Source: Tubulanus polymorphus
Taxonomy: Eukaryota > Animalia > Nemertea
NCBI RefSeq assembly: GCF_964204645.1
Contig: NC_134031.1
Span: 11,348,088 to 11,412,087 of the forward strand
Direction: 5' to 3'
Length of the DNA: 64,000 nucleotides
Part shown: piece after piece, positions 50,147 to 63,839 of the stretch
How the letters are laid out: every line of letters begins with the position of its first letter
How positions within the stretch are numbered: position 1 is the stretch's first letter
Notes under the pieces: model-generated
What the model saw: only the letters and a program-made list of their open reading frames with translations
Database searches by the model: none
What the model was told of the DNA's origin: nothing
Program-made: the position numbers and the translations under genes

Positions 50147-52632
50147 CCCTTATGAAAATAAAGTGCACTTTAAGTGCACTTTAGAAGTGCATTTTTAAGT
50201 GCACTCAAAAGTGCACTGAATTGAAACAAAGTGCACTTTCCCCTAAAGTACAGTTTAAAAGTACACTCTGAGTCTATTCTTAAGTACACTGCACTGAATT
50301 GGAACAAAGTGCACTTCTTTGCACGGAAAAATCCTGAAAACCTTGAATGCCCAATTTCATTTATGTTGTCTCCATTATTATTCAGCCTTATTTACAATTT
50401 TAAAAGTAATACAGTAATACGACCTTTCCTATTGCTAGGCTTCTTCCTCCATGAATGCTGCTCTTTCAGCATTTGGGAATTGCGCTTGCACATAACCTGA
50501 AATAACAAAAAGTGACAATGGATATAAGTTATGGTACGAAATGCTCTCTTAGTCAGTTATTGGGTCTTGAATTTTAATTATGTCTTGACAGTGGGTCGTA
50601 TCAGAGAGCCCCAAACCTTTTATGGGCACCATTTTAAAAGGTATGTAACTTAAACCTTTTAAACCTTAGCCACCTGCATATTCCTACAATTACTTTGACT
50701 CATTGTCTTAACCTTGAGCAGCAAGTTATTATTTATTTAATGCTGTAATATACAGAGTAATGTGAATAAAGTTCTGTTTAAAAAGGAAATAGGTCAGGGC
50801 CCCCTAGCTTTAAGTTTGATTATTATTTGCAGATCTGTAGAAACGTCAGCTAATAAAATGATTCCCACATCATGGATATCAATCTGTTTGATTCTGGTTG
50901 TCAATGAAAATAAGGCACCTGTAAAACTCAAATACTACAAATTACTTACTACTAATAACTTGCACTTGGTTTGACGAAAGAGTAGCCTTTATTGAATGAC
51001 CAATCCCTGTGAGCATATGGCTTTTTAAATATCTGGTGTCCAGTACAGCAATCATAAATAAATCGCCCATAGATATGCTGAACAATTTCCGGCTATAATC
51101 AAGAGCCAACTTCTTTATGGAAAGATCTATGACCATCCACAATATCAGTCATCTGGAGAAAAAAGGTACAATCTAAGTGAAACAAAGACAAAATTAAATG
51201 GGGTTTTTGTAACAAGTTGCTCGACAACGGTTTTCAATTAACACTTACCATAACACAAATCCTCGTTTACAGTAATTTTTTCTTGCATATACTTGCCTAA
51301 ATCAATGGAAATAAATGGAAAATTTCATTTTATAAGTTATAATTTAAATGTAGAAATAATTGGCAAATACTGTGCAATGCCTGATCATTCAGTACATCAT
51401 AATTATCGGAATCGTGGCGACTATGGTAAGTCGTTTTTCGCTACTGGACACCAACGACGACGACAGGCAGCCGGACCATACGTGTGCCAGCGCGCCACCA
51501 CCTTCGACCGACTACTTGGTCGTTTTTCACTACTGGACTCGATGATGATCGTACGTGGTTGCCGGCCTCCAGTATCCTTGTGGTAGTTTCATCTGTGAAA
51601 TATTAAGAAATCATCAGTAATACCATACAAACCAGCCTCTTTCAGTACTGGACAGACGGTGATTTAAAAAACGCTCATGGTGTAATCTAGGCCTACTTAT
51701 TACTTACATTTAACATTGCATCCCATTCATCATGAATGAAATTTTAAAAAGGTTTTGCATTTGATTTAATTGATTAAGAAGAGTACATGCCACAGATTGT
51801 AACAATTACAGTTCACTCATTTAACAAAACGTCGACAATAAGTCAAATATAAGTCAATACTATGCAACAAAATTAATAATACTTACCTTCGAGCTTGAAT
51901 TTAAACACCAGACTGTCCCAACTAGAAAATTAACCACGAAAATTGATTGAAAACAGCAATGAATTTGCTCAAAGTAATTGCAAATGGCGCCGTGCTGACT
52001 GCATGCTCAATCCCAGTACTTCGCTAGCTGTCGTGAATGGGTTCGAATCCCGTAAAAACCTGATATATTCGTTTTTGAACATTTGAATTTTTGTAAGTCA
52101 ACAGTGAACGCTAATTCATATAATAACTTTTATCTCATTAATTTAGCCGAATGAAAATAATATATTTTGTGGTCATGAAAATTTTCGAAAAATACTGATC
52201 AATAAATACATTGCTTTGCTAAAAAATATATTTTCATATGGAAAATACACAAAAAAAGAAAATAGATTTTTATACATGAAAATACATTTTATTTTCTTAA
52301 GGGATTGGCCTTGGGTGGTACACTTGTAGAATACTTACCAAGTACACTTTCCGTGAGGTGCACTTTCCCTATGATAAAGTGCACTCATTTTATAAAAGCA
52401 GACTCAATGAGTACACTCACAAGTACACTATTTTTGTGAAGTGCACTTTCCCTTTGAAAAAGTGCACTAATTTTATAAAAGCAGACTCAATGAGTACACT
52501 CACCGAGTACACTATTTTGTGAAGTGCACTTTCCCTATGAAAAAGTGCACTAATTTCTCATAAGTAGACTCAATTAGTACACTTAGAGTGTACTTTACTA
52601 ATGGAAGTGGAAGCACTTTATTTTCTTTAGGG
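50147..52632. mobile_element. CACTA/EnSpm-type (CCC-ended) non-autonomous element with spliced gene remnant
   Basis: TIR CCCTwAwGAAAATAAAGTGC; 2-bp TSD TC; many subterminal AAGTGCACTT palindromes at both ends; minus-strand GT-AG exon remnants inside. Confidence 0.75.
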
Positions 52633-53134
52633 TCAGTAGATATGAGGGGTTATCACATATTGTATGTATTTTATGAACGCTCTTTTCATAAGCTTTCGAA
52701 TGGTACCAAGTTTGCGAACTTTGGAGGTTACCTTTAGGGTCTGACCCCAAGGTCACAGATCCCAAAGTCATCCAGATTTTCGGGCCATCCATAATCACGC
52801 ACTGTCATCCCAATACGAATTATCAGAATCTTTCATTACTATGTCTAAAATATCAGCCAAACTCACTAGAGAACGTCTTTATTGCATTGGCCATTACTAC
52901 TAACGATCTTTTCAACTTCGGAAATCTGACCCACATGACACGTGGTCTCTATACCCCCTAATACATGCCAAATGTATGATATATCACTTTCCTGCTTTGT
53001 TAGACTTTGTACGCCGTCTGGTGTCGCCATATGCTTACAGGAAAATGAGTTAGAATGCTTCACTGAAATCAATATTTGACTATCCTATTCACTATAGCTG
53101 GTCTATTGAAATCGACCGATTGCCGGTTAAAGGG
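52633..53134. mobile_element. Right end of a piggyBac-like element
   Basis: TTGCCGGTTAAAGGG|TTAA at 53120-53138; left TIR not found. Confidence 0.45.
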
Positions 53135-54524
53135 TTAAGTGTTCACAAACCAATGAAATTTAAGAAACACAGGGTGAAAAGTATGCAACTGACTCTTGAC
53201 GTATGCTTGACGGATTAAAGAAATCTGACTCGAAGGTTTCGACGAGTTGAAACAATTATCCGTAGGTATCCGCATTGGTTATATGACGTATTCCTTTACT
53301 AATTATAAACGCAGATTCTTCAATATTATAGTTTTATCACTTTCAGCACAAATACGCACTGCAGGTAACTGGATCCTCGTGTTAAGTTTGATTAAGTGTT
53401 TACAAACCAATGAAAGTTGAGAAAACTGCAATGATATACTAAGTTAATGAATGTTCCGAGTTGTTAATTTAAATGTTAAATGATATAATTGCACCATTCT
53501 ATTCAGGTTTTAGATTTGTTAAAAAAGCGTTGTTTACACACAAATTGAATAAAACTTTATTGCTTTTCAAAAGTTCACATACCTCAATTTGGTCTTAACA
53601 CGACCATTAAAACTACGTTGTCTGAATAAGTAAATAAAACACCGTTTTTTGACGCCTTATAAAACGTTACCATTATGAAACCTAAACAATGATAACCATT
53701 CAGCGTCATTTTACAAACGACAACCGTAAATCGATGTGCAAAATGTCACAGGTTTATGTGTACACATACAAGCTATTTGGCAAAATATTATTGATAAAGA
53801 TGTAGAATGGCTCCCTGTGATTATATAATGAGCTCTATAAGAACGTCGAAATGTTATATCGCATTGAATATCATGAGAAGACGTATTGTAATAGTAAAGG
53901 ATGTATGATTATATCAGGAGCGGCATGGATAAATAGAAATGATAAGTAAATCGGATTATTCGGTTAAATGGCAGATGTATACACGATTTGGAAGTCTGAT
54001 ATAAAAGTCAGACCCTGACATGGGGATGCTAGTGGAATGACAAAGCTATCTACGATCTGAGTTGGGCCGGCGTGAATTTCATTGGCGGCTACAAGCGGTC
54101 TATATAAAAACGTGTAAACATATAATTTCAATATTCAAATGTTTTAGAAAATATGTTCGATATTAGACGTATGCAGGTTTCATGAGATTAGCAATTTATA
54201 ATAGCATAGCTGTCATATACAGCTCCGCGTCCACTGATGGCATGTGTATAAGGTGACAATTCAATTCAATACTTTATTGATCCTTATTACATTGAAATTC
54301 CGGGATAAAATTCCAAAAATCAATAAATTTACAAATTTTAAAATAAGAAAATACAAGACACACGGGTAATTCATACAGAATAACATGAATAAGTTATTTA
54401 AATGACAATGTCTACTTCAACCCAGACTCAAGTCTAGGATATCAAGTGACAGCCAGACCGGGCCCCAGGACCGCGCTGGCTGGCTACACGATATGCTCAA
54501 AGTCATGATGAAGCAGACATCAGA

Positions 54525-55850
54525 AGAGCTCTTTCTTCAACCATGGAGGCAATGAAGTTGCAGACCAGCTTAGAGGCAAAAGTGAATCGAAGTCACAAGT
54601 TGACAATTTTTTTTTTTATTAGACCAGTCGAAGACTGTATCATCTACCCAATCGCCAAATCTCATAATTCCCGAAATTTCTTAAAACTTCGATTTCAAAT
54701 TTGCAATTCCACATTAGCTTATACCAGAAATTCTACATTTTTTCGCAGGCGTCAAATAATTTATTAAAGTTAATTTTCTTGTTATATCAATTTTACGCTT
54801 TATTGAAGGATCTTGCTAAAACGTCTTTTTTACCCATGTGAATTAGAGAACAGAGACTCTATTTATGAACTAAATTAATTTAAACATATTAATCATTAGG
54901 AAGGATCGCATGTTGCGATTAAATGTTTTTCAAAAGTTGTATTAAAGTCTATAAATCTGCTTCCTGGCGGCAGTTGATATATGTATAACTTCCTTTAGAA
55001 AGTGTTATGTCCTCCAGGCCTCTTATTCAACTTCAGAATTTTTTATGGATTTCATTGCATGTGATTCCTTCTTTTGCGGTTGGCTCAACTCTAGAAGCTT
55101 CATTTTATGAGAACGGAGAGAGTTTCTATATGCGCGATCTGAATTACTTTTGACTTTAAACAGTCTGCTCGACTCCCACAAACATGGAACTTTTATCGTC
55201 GGACATAAAGTCAATGTTAAAACATTGACCACTGTTTTCCTCTTATTTTCCTCCCATTGAATGTTTTATCATGGCTTTTTGCCGCCATTCAAACTTCTGA
55301 AAATTACAAGTTAAAGACACTCATAGTATATTAGGCATTTCTGCAGTGCGTACATAATAGATACAGTGAATAAAATATCTGTAACTGCTGGGCGGTGCAG
55401 AACTTTCAAGGGATACAGTGATTTTGTGTAATGGAAAACAAGTTTGAAAAACGTTATTTTAGATTGAACTGGAATCAGACAATCGTGCCGCGGTAGTACA
55501 AACCATGTAACATCGAATTATTCATTTAAAACAGGGAAATTAATTAAATAGCCGACGAAGATACCCAGAATAATATAACTAGAAAATTACGCAAGTCGAT
55601 GTGGAAGAAACAATTCATAGTTACGTATATTTTGTATTTCGAATGACAAGGACGTAAATTTTAAGATAAATCATAGCAGATTGGTTTGAATATTCAATAG
55701 TCATAGATTCACAAAACACGAAACTAATAAGTATTCCTCAAACTCTGATATAAATGTATATCAAGAACAAATTTCATTTTAACTTACCAGAAAAATGGGT
55801 TCGAGTTGTAATGTCTGATTCCAAATCTGAATACGATGACGATCCGTCCA
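54525..55850 (-). pseudogene. Decayed multi-exon gene, transposon-associated (C14orf93-like motifs)
   Basis: First exon MDGSSSYSDLESDITTRTHFS|gtaag (55850-55788); exon from ~55296 with DFMSDD and CLWESSRL; terminal LPPWLKKELF*. Frameshifts present; family call from motif memory only. Confidence 0.35.
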
Positions 55851-56989
55851 TTTTTCCTCGTATGGAGCAATGTAAGATAATAGTTCAAATTCCTCGTAGG
55901 AACCGAATGACTTCACTGAGAGAATGAGTTGCCAACAGTCTTACTCCTTCATATTCCTATAGCATTGTACAGAGGCTAGTTTAAACGCCCGCGGCTGTCA
56001 TGCTGTTAGTTAACTCGTTGAGACCACAGGGAGTCTGTGGCTTAGAACACAAAATGTAGGCCATTGATTTGAAAAAACACGTTACAGCTGACTCAGAAAT
56101 GCGGTTGTATCTCTGGTCATACTTTATACATCTCATGTTTGAAAAACAGAAATAGTTCGCTGAAGGTTCTCTCTTACTGTATGTTTATTTCGAACTCGAG
56201 TGACAGGATACCATCGTTGGTTTGGAAATGTCATTTTAGTAAATTTGAATACAATGAAGTTTTCCAAAAATTGTATTTCATTTTAAATCAAAAGGAGCAC
56301 GTTTCAGAACACGGGTGCTGGGGTCCGGTTCTGACAACACAGACATCATGTGTGCAATGTAAAAAATTCTGATAGATGTTGTATATGCTAAGTTGGTATC
56401 TGACTTTTATTAACCCTCAAATAACAAAATATTATTCCCCGGATTGTTTCTTTGATAAATCATGGCAAGTCCCCTACGCATCCAAATCGTGGTTTTCAGA
56501 CACCAAGGTAAAATTTACTCGCCTTTACCACAGATATTGTCAAAACTACATTTTTTTCAAATGTTATTTCAGCGACGGGCCATGGACCCTCACCTAATCA
56601 GCGATTAGTTGCTGTTCTCGGTTTCCTGATAATGATTTACAACCAAAAAGACATGTATTTTTGATAACCGATTTCAGCGGCCATTACTGAGTTTAAGATC
56701 TGTTTACTATCGAATCCAAACCCCTCCAATGATTTCTGAAATCATTTCGTCAATACTAGATAAAATCATCACAGGTCCTGTGCTCCAGACCCGAAAATAC
56801 ACTCCTAAATTCAATTTTTTAGTTTGCAACGTTATTATTTATTCGATATATAATCAGTCTTATACTTTATAGAGTTCCCTATGTATTATGTTAAGTTTTT
56901 ATCCACAGGCATACGGAAGAGAGATACTAAAAAACATGTCGCCAATTGACATCAAAAATTGAAATTTACGAAAAGAATAAGCACCAATC

Positions 56990-57349
56990 TGAAACCGAAA
57001 ATATCCAGATTGTTGGAATAACGGATTCTGAAGCTCTGTGTTTTATGGGATTCCATACGGTTTGATCCGTGATCCAAACACAATACGCCTCCCGATCGTA
57101 TGTATACCCATGTGACGGAATTGTCATTAACACAATCAGGAATACGGTAAATATCCTTAAAATGGATACGAGGAGTCCACGTGTCAGTGAGGAATATGTG
57201 CAATGCGGATTCTATAGTGCGGACATCTCATATCCGTATGCGGTTACAATTTGGAAACTATGTCTAAATAACCGCATGCGTCCTTCCTCATATCCGATAT
57301 GTTTTTGTAACAAATCCGATTTGCGGATATAATATCTTTTCACGCAGTG
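56990..57349. mobile_element. CACTA-like right end with ATCCG/CGGAT subterminal repeats
   Basis: Ends CTTTTCACGCAGTG; similar left ends CACAGGGTGAAAAG at 50076 and 53168; no matching TSD. Confidence 0.45.
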
Positions 57350-58360
57350 CTTATTCTCTGATTTAGTTGTTTATTTCCGTATATAGTTATCGGGAAATTT
57401 ATTTTGTCCTTTATTGCCCGAAAGTTCAGTATTTTCTTGGTGTGTGTGTCAGCGGATTAATTGAATGTTTACACATGGATGATATGGACTCGGCAAATAC
57501 ACGTGCTACATCGATTCAACATTAGCTGCTGTGTTGAATCGATACTCAGCATTCACGTGCGCTCTAAAAGTCTAGTACATGCACAGTATAATTTTTACAG
57601 ATCGCAGTACGTCGAGCAAGGCTAATAACTTTCTTACTTTTACTAAGTAAAATGATTAATCGTCATTAATTGTTTTGGACTTTCGCGTCAGCCATCTGTT
57701 TTTAGAGCCCGATTATGTGTATTTAGTTGCGACACAGTGATGAGAGAGCGCGTCGATAACATAAGTAACAGTCCCGTCGGCAATATTGCCTTATACACGC
57801 GGCGTTCACCGTATATGTATCAGTACTAGATAATGCGCGTTACCGAGCAGGTTGCGCGTAGGCTACATTCCACACGCTCGTTTTGTCAAAAAGGTCTGAA
57901 TTAGCAGAAGAAATATTGTTCACGATTTTTACTATAAAAAATTATCCTATTGAGAAACCATTAAAAACCTTTAAGTCGGTAAACTTGATTTCGTCAGTAA
58001 GTGGTTTTAACCTCAACTGTGGCCGGTTTAGTTTCACGTTCGGATATTTTCACAAATATCCCATCCGATTACAAAAGCTTTAACCACCAACGAGGTAACT
58101 ACTTGTCAGTAACTGGCCTACGCCCTCATCGTAGAGTTTTGTATCATTTTCCTGGAACTAGCAAACATTTGTCATGTCAAAGATTCCCATAATCAATCTT
58201 TCTAAGATGTCATTCAAGAATTCTAATGAGACTGCCGGTAAATATTCAATCTGTTCCACTTGGTCGATTGTTAGACTAGCTCCAGGCCCTAAGGGTACAG
58301 CAAGCAGTTGGCCTTTGGTTCAGTCTGTGAACAGCTTCATAACAACCGTGTTAACGCATG

Positions 58361-58625
58361 TATGGGCGGCCATCTCCGCCAAACAGACGCTAAAGTCATC
58401 ACGTGAAGGATAAACCCATAACGTGTAGTATAATGTAGTAACGTGAAGGATAAACTCATGACATGAAGGATAATGTCATGACGTGAAGGATCAACCTTAA
58501 TCTAACGTGAAGGATAAACCCATAACGTGAAGTATAATGTTGTAACGTGAGGGATCAACTCATAACGTGAAGGATAATGTAATGACGTGAAGGATCAACT
58601 CACGTCATCAAGGATAAACCTATAA
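58361..58625 (+). repeat. Left terminus and ~21-bp subterminal tandem array of an IS3EU transposon
   Basis: TATGG terminus falls exactly where homology to 34380-34500 breaks off; about 10 ACGTGAAGGAT units follow. Confidence 0.7.
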
Positions 58626-58900
58626 TGTCACCAGATGGCGTGCCGGTCGGAAATAGACCGGCAACCAGTCTAAAATAATTTCGGTTAAAACGCAAATTCA
58701 TTTTATTCATCATACGATGCAAATTCAATTCAATTCAAAATAACTCTACACGGTTAAGAAGCATCGTAAGTTTTACGGCGGACGAGTGGAGGTGAGAAAA
58801 AGTTTATCTCGAAAAGTTTTGTATTGTATAGTATAGTGTGCTGGAGTACTATTGTCTATTATGTATGCCATGGGGTACTTCTGCAATTCAGTAGGCTCAA

Positions 58901-59933
58901 ATGAATAGTGCAATTCAAATGGATACCTCGATTGAACGTGCTCGAATTTATTTCAAACGAAGGTTAAGCGATCTAATAGCGGATGTTGAAAATGATAGCG
59001 GAAATTTTCTCGATCGTGATTCCCTATCGTACCGACTTGAAAAGCTTGCTAGAGACCTTTTAATGTTTCAAGAATTTGAGTCGGTCGGTGTTTTAATTGG
59101 AAAAGGTTTGGATATAGTTTTAAATAATTCTGGCAGTGGTATTGGTCACAACATTGCCACCGTTAGTGCGACTTATAGTGATAGAAATGCAACCAACAAT
59201 CAACAATCGTATCATCGACAGAGTGGTCCAAAACATTTGATATCAGAGGATCAGTTGTGCTTCTTTATGGGTGAGTAAGCTATGGTTATTTTGACAAACT
59301 AACCCCCAAACCTAGCACTACCGCCAGGTACATCTCTGTACAAATACATTGTCAAATACCCCAGACCATACTCGTTCTGCACTGATGTGGGCGGTTAGGG
59401 GTTGACTGTATATCTTTTGCCTTTTGAATCGGGCTCTATTAAAGATTTCAAGTCTCAAGGTAATTTGACATTTCAATTTTTATGTTTGTAGATAATCAAT
59501 TCACTGTAAAACAAATTGCTAACTTACTCGGAGTCAGCAAAAGGACGATTGAAAGGCGAATGCATGATTATGGCCTATCTGTTTCCAACACATATTCGCT
59601 GATAAGTGATGTTGGCCTTGATGATTTAGTCATTCAGATTCTGCAGAACTTTCCAAATGCAGGTATGTTGAGTCAAGATTTCATAAGTAGCCCACCCTCA
59701 CCAAATCCAGTCAACTTTTGTTTCTAATTTACGTAAGGTTGCAAAAGTGTATCTGCTCACTTACTGGCAATTGGTCTCAGAATTCAACGTGATCGAGTAA
59801 GAAAGTCCATGTGGCGAGTAGATCCAGAAGGTAGAGAAGTCATGAAATACCAACGACGCGTAAGGCGAAGAACTTACAATGTAAAGGGACCTCTTTTGTT
59901 GTAGCATATTGATGGAAATCATATACTCATACG
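58901..59933 (+). pseudogene. IS3EU-type transposase (HTH plus start of integrase core), three exons visible
   Basis: Exons 58901-59270, 59492-59662, 59738-59933 join in frame: IANLLGVSKRTIERRM...PNAG...RVRKSMWRVDPEG...RRTYNVKGP...*HIDGNH. TAG at 59902-59904 replaces W. Confidence 0.8.
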
Positions 59934-60041
59934 GTAACAGTTCCCAAAGTTTTATAAATACATGTTGTAGGTTTTAAGTAAAACCAATAATTGAAATTAA
60001 AAAACATTTGCATACAGCAAGTGTTGGTTTCATTGTACAAT

Positions 60042-60163
60042 ACTCCGCCTAAAGCGGTACCGGTCTTTATGGTAATCTGTTCAATTCGGTAAAATAAAAA
60101 TAACATTTCGGTTTAAACGCCTAATTCGGTTGGAAGTCCCAACTGTACCGGTTTAGGCGGAGT
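60042..60163. mobile_element. ~120-bp MITE in the transposase intron
   Basis: ACTCCGCCTAAAsCGGTAC inverted termini. Confidence 0.6.
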
Positions 60164-60386
60164 CTACTACTGTACTACATGTATTGGTGCATGTAGAATG
60201 TACAGGGATAATTCTCCGTCGTTTCGGTCTCACTAGTAGGGATCCAATGAGATATGCACGCATGCGCCGAACACTCAGTTGCACGAGCGCCATTTTCGCT
60301 TTGCGAACGCTCTAAAAATTATCGCAGATAATTTCGTTAATTTTCGCAGTATTATCGCAGATTATACGATTTGTGTTCGTGGAACA

Positions 60387-61690
60387 TGGATAATAAAGAA
60401 TTGGGAAGTGTTTTAGACACTTCTCGCGATATGAACAGCGCACTGTGTTCAGATAATCGCGCCGAAGGCGCGGTCGCTAGTAACAACACAGCAGCAGGAA
60501 GCAGCAATAATGGCGGCTCTTCGGCAGCTAGCGGGAAAAAGCCGGAGCTTAAAAAACGCATTAGCTCGCGGAGCTCTGCTGGTTCGAAGAAAAAATCAGT
60601 CGACTGCCCGACCGAGGAAGGGATTAGGCCGACGATTAATGATCTTAATAACAATAAGGACGACAGTTTGAAGAAAATTGAATCGATGATGCAATCGATT
60701 GCGCAATCGCAGAAGGAACTGGCAAGTAAGGTGGATATTATGTGGAATTCCGGTGTAGACCCGAAGTTCGAAGATTATTCTTCTGAACAGGACTTGTTCA
60801 TTACACAGAACTACAACCCACACTCAATGTCGGGTTCTGACGATGAGGATAATCAGCCTCAGGAGTGTCAGCCACCGGGAAAAAAGGCCAGAATTGAACC
60901 TGAAGCGTCGAGTTCATCTGCACTCTACGCCGGTATTTGATCGAAGTTGAGAAAGTCCGATAAGACATCTACTGCAGTGGATGGTGAGTTAGCAGAAATC
61001 GTAAATAGGCTATTTCGTGATGGAATAGACGAAGATGCATATAAATGGTTGGCTCAACAATATGACAGACCGGAAAATTGCGAGACACTCTGTCAGGTTA
61101 GATTAAATCAATTGATTTGGGAAATAGCATCGGCTAAAGCGACATCTCTGGACTCGCGAATGCAAGTCATTCAAAACTGTTTTGCTAAAGCAGGTACATG
61201 TTTAACTCACCTAGCATATAGGTGCTCAAAACTTGAGATGCGACCCATTACAGGGACTGATTGTCTTAATGAAATTACAAACGCACTTGCGTTTCTAGGC
61301 CATGGATTTCATGGACTATGTTTGAGAAGAAGTGAACTTTTGAAACCAGAGCTTAGACAGGACTATGCGCATTTATGCTCTGCGACGTTACCGTACACCG
61401 AAGAACTTTTCGGTGGGGATATTGAAAAAACGGTTAAGGATATCCGAGATGTAAACAAAGTCGGATCCCATATTCGTCAAGGCTCAGTTTTTACTCGTGG
61501 CCGGAAATTCTCCTTTTCTCGAGGAAGGGGAGGCGCACAGTCTGGTGGTTATAACAGTGCTGGGAACTATAGAAATTTAAACTTTCGCCGGGCTCGAATG
61601 AGTGGCGCATTCGGGCCGAGGGGAAGAGCCAGTCAGACAAACCAGTCGAAATACAGTCTTTACGGAAAGAAAAAGACGAAAGATCAGTAA
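60387..61690 (+). pseudogene. DIRS ORF1 (gag-like)
   Basis: Two same-frame ORFs separated by TGA at 60938-60940; RPENC..L...N..IW, LFG and an RG-rich tail. Confidence 0.75.
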
Positions 61691-61739
61691 ATCAGGTAAG
61701 CCCTGTTTTTACTAACCCACCAACAGTTACTAACAAATG

Positions 61740-63767
61740 TATAGCCGGATATTTAAGGCATTATATGAATAAATGGAGGATGCTTACGATAAATTTATTT
61801 TGGACACAGTCTCTGGATATAAACTAGAGTTTAATAGCCTACAGCTTCCACGGCAGGCATTCATCCCGAGGGAACTTAATTTCTCTGAAAGTGAAAGGAT
61901 AGTTATCCGTGGGGAACTTAAGAACTTTCAGGAAAAAGGAATTATAGAGACAACATGTCATTCAGACGGCGAATTTTTGTTGAATATTTTTATCAGACCA
62001 AAAAAGGAAGAAGGTCAATTTAGAGTAATCCTCAATCTGAAACGTTTAAATGAGAATATAGCTTACCATCATTTTAAGATGGATACATTTGAATCAGTCG
62101 TCAAACTGATTACTCCAGGTTGTCTTATGCAAACTGTGGATATTAAAGACGCATATTACTGTGTTCCAGTAGCAGTTGAGGATAGGAAATATTTACGATT
62201 TAAATTTGAGGGTACACTTTATCAATTTACGTGCATTCCGAATGGACTTGCATCAGGCCCTCGGGTTTATACAAAAATAGGCAAGCCCGTCTTTTCAGCT
62301 CTAAGACAAATGGGTGTTACTATCTTACATTGATGAGGGGATTGTTATCTTGATTTCGGATGAGCAAGCTTCATTTTCTGGTAATGCTACCACAAGTCTC
62401 CTAGAGGAAGCAGGATATATTATCAATTATGAAAAATCTAAACTTGAACCGGCATCTAAACGAGAATACCTTTGGTTTATTATTAATTCGCTGCTCATGA
62501 CTGTGCAGCTCACAGATAGACAAAAAAAGGTATTATAGAATGTTGTACTTTCTTATTACAGAATGTCACAGTTGCTATCAGAATGGTGGCAAGAACCCTG
62601 GGGCTCTTGGTGGCAGCATTACCAGGGATGGAGTATGGGCAACTCCACTACCGGTTAACAGAAAGAGAAAAAATTCAAGCATTAAGAATGCAAGCAGGTA
62701 GTTATGATGCAAATATGAGCTTATCTGAACAGGCTAAGATGGAATTAGCTTGGTGGGTTAAAGAAATTCCCACAGGGCACAAGAGAATTGCTCGAGAGAA
62801 CCCTAGTACTGAAATTTTTACAGATGCTTCTTTCGCAGGTTGGGGCGCATCTATGAAGGGTAATAAAACAGGGGGTAGGTGGACCCCAGATGATATAGTG
62901 ATCGGAAGAGACTCTATTAATTATCTAGAACACTTGGCTGGATTTCTAGCACTGAAGTCATTTTGCGGAGATATGAATAACGTACATGTCCTTCTCAAGA
63001 TGGATAACACTACTGCCATTTCATATATTGACCACATGGGGGGTTCACAATCACCCCAGCTTAATGCATTGGCATTAGATATTTGGGAATGGTGTATAGA
63101 GAAAAAGCTGTGAATTTCAGCAGCACATATACCAGGGCATCTCAATGTAGATGCAGATTTCGAGAGCAGGCATTTTCATGACCAAACCGAATGGATGCTC
63201 AATACACAGGTCTTGAATCAATTAATATATTATTTTGGAGAGTTAGAGATTGATCTCTTTGCGTCAAGAGCTAATGCTCAACTGCCACTCTATGCGTCGT
63301 GGAAACCAGACCCAGGGGCAAAATTTATTGATGCATTCACGATTAGCTGGACAAATTATAATAGTTATTTGTTCCCTCCTTTCAGTGTAATATCCAGATG
63401 TTTAAAGAAAATTCGACAGGACCAAGCGTTAGGAGTCATCATAGTGCCTCTATGGCCGATGCAGATTTGGTTTACGCAGTTGATGCACCTTCTCGTGGAA
63501 CGCCCAATGATTTTACCAAACATGAACAATCTGTTAACATTACCGGATCAAACAACTCTACACCCGATGCGCAAAAGACTGAAACTGATAGCCTGCAAGG
63601 TTTCTGGACTGCACAGGCTCAACATAGAATTCCAGAACGGGCTGCACAGATTATGTGGTGTTCGTGGAAGTGCAGTACTAAGAAACAGTATGCCACACAT
63701 ATTACGCGATGGCAACAGTTTTGCGATAAACAACAGATTAATCCAATGCAGGCGGATGTCACTTTAG
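61740..63767 (+). pseudogene. DIRS pol: RT, RNase H and Dam-like methyltransferase
   Basis: FRVILNLKRLN, DIKDAY, P.GL..GPRVYTK, SYIDE, FTDAS..GWG, DNTTA, HIPG..NV.AD..SR, IDLFAS..N, DAF..SW, Y.FPPF. Frameshifts and stops at 62536 and 63111. Confidence 0.9.
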
Positions 63768-63839
63768 TTTTGAAATTTCTGTCGGAACTTTTTGATGAGA
63801 ATTTATCGTATAGTTCATTAAATACTGCCAGATCAGCTA
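63575..63839 (+). pseudogene. DIRS tyrosine recombinase N-terminal part
   Basis: SW..STKKQY...W..FC...FLSELF...LSYSSLNTARSA in a frame overlapping the end of pol. Confidence 0.8.

Larger units (their letters stand above)
60210..63839 (+). mobile_element. DIRS1-like tyrosine-recombinase retrotransposon (decayed, interrupted at the right)
   Basis: Order gag-like, RT, RNase H, methyltransferase, overlapping tyrosine recombinase, all on +. 5' boundary approximate. Confidence 0.92.

Noticed and set aside
58400-58625. Second CRISPR-like array
   Set aside because: ~21-bp tandem units with recurring linkers; transposon subterminal repeats.
60938-60940. Programmed readthrough in DIRS ORF1
   Set aside because: The element has several other stops, frameshifts and YIDE in place of YIDD, so decay is the simpler explanation.
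59902-63113. TGG to TAG/TGA changes as deaminase hypermutation
   Set aside because: Only about three cases, and Trp-to-stop changes are preferentially noticed; cannot be supported without consensus alignments.
58901-63767. Bacterial contamination (IS3-like and Dam-like sequences)
   Set aside because: Spliceosomal introns and standard DIRS architecture indicate eukaryotic elements.
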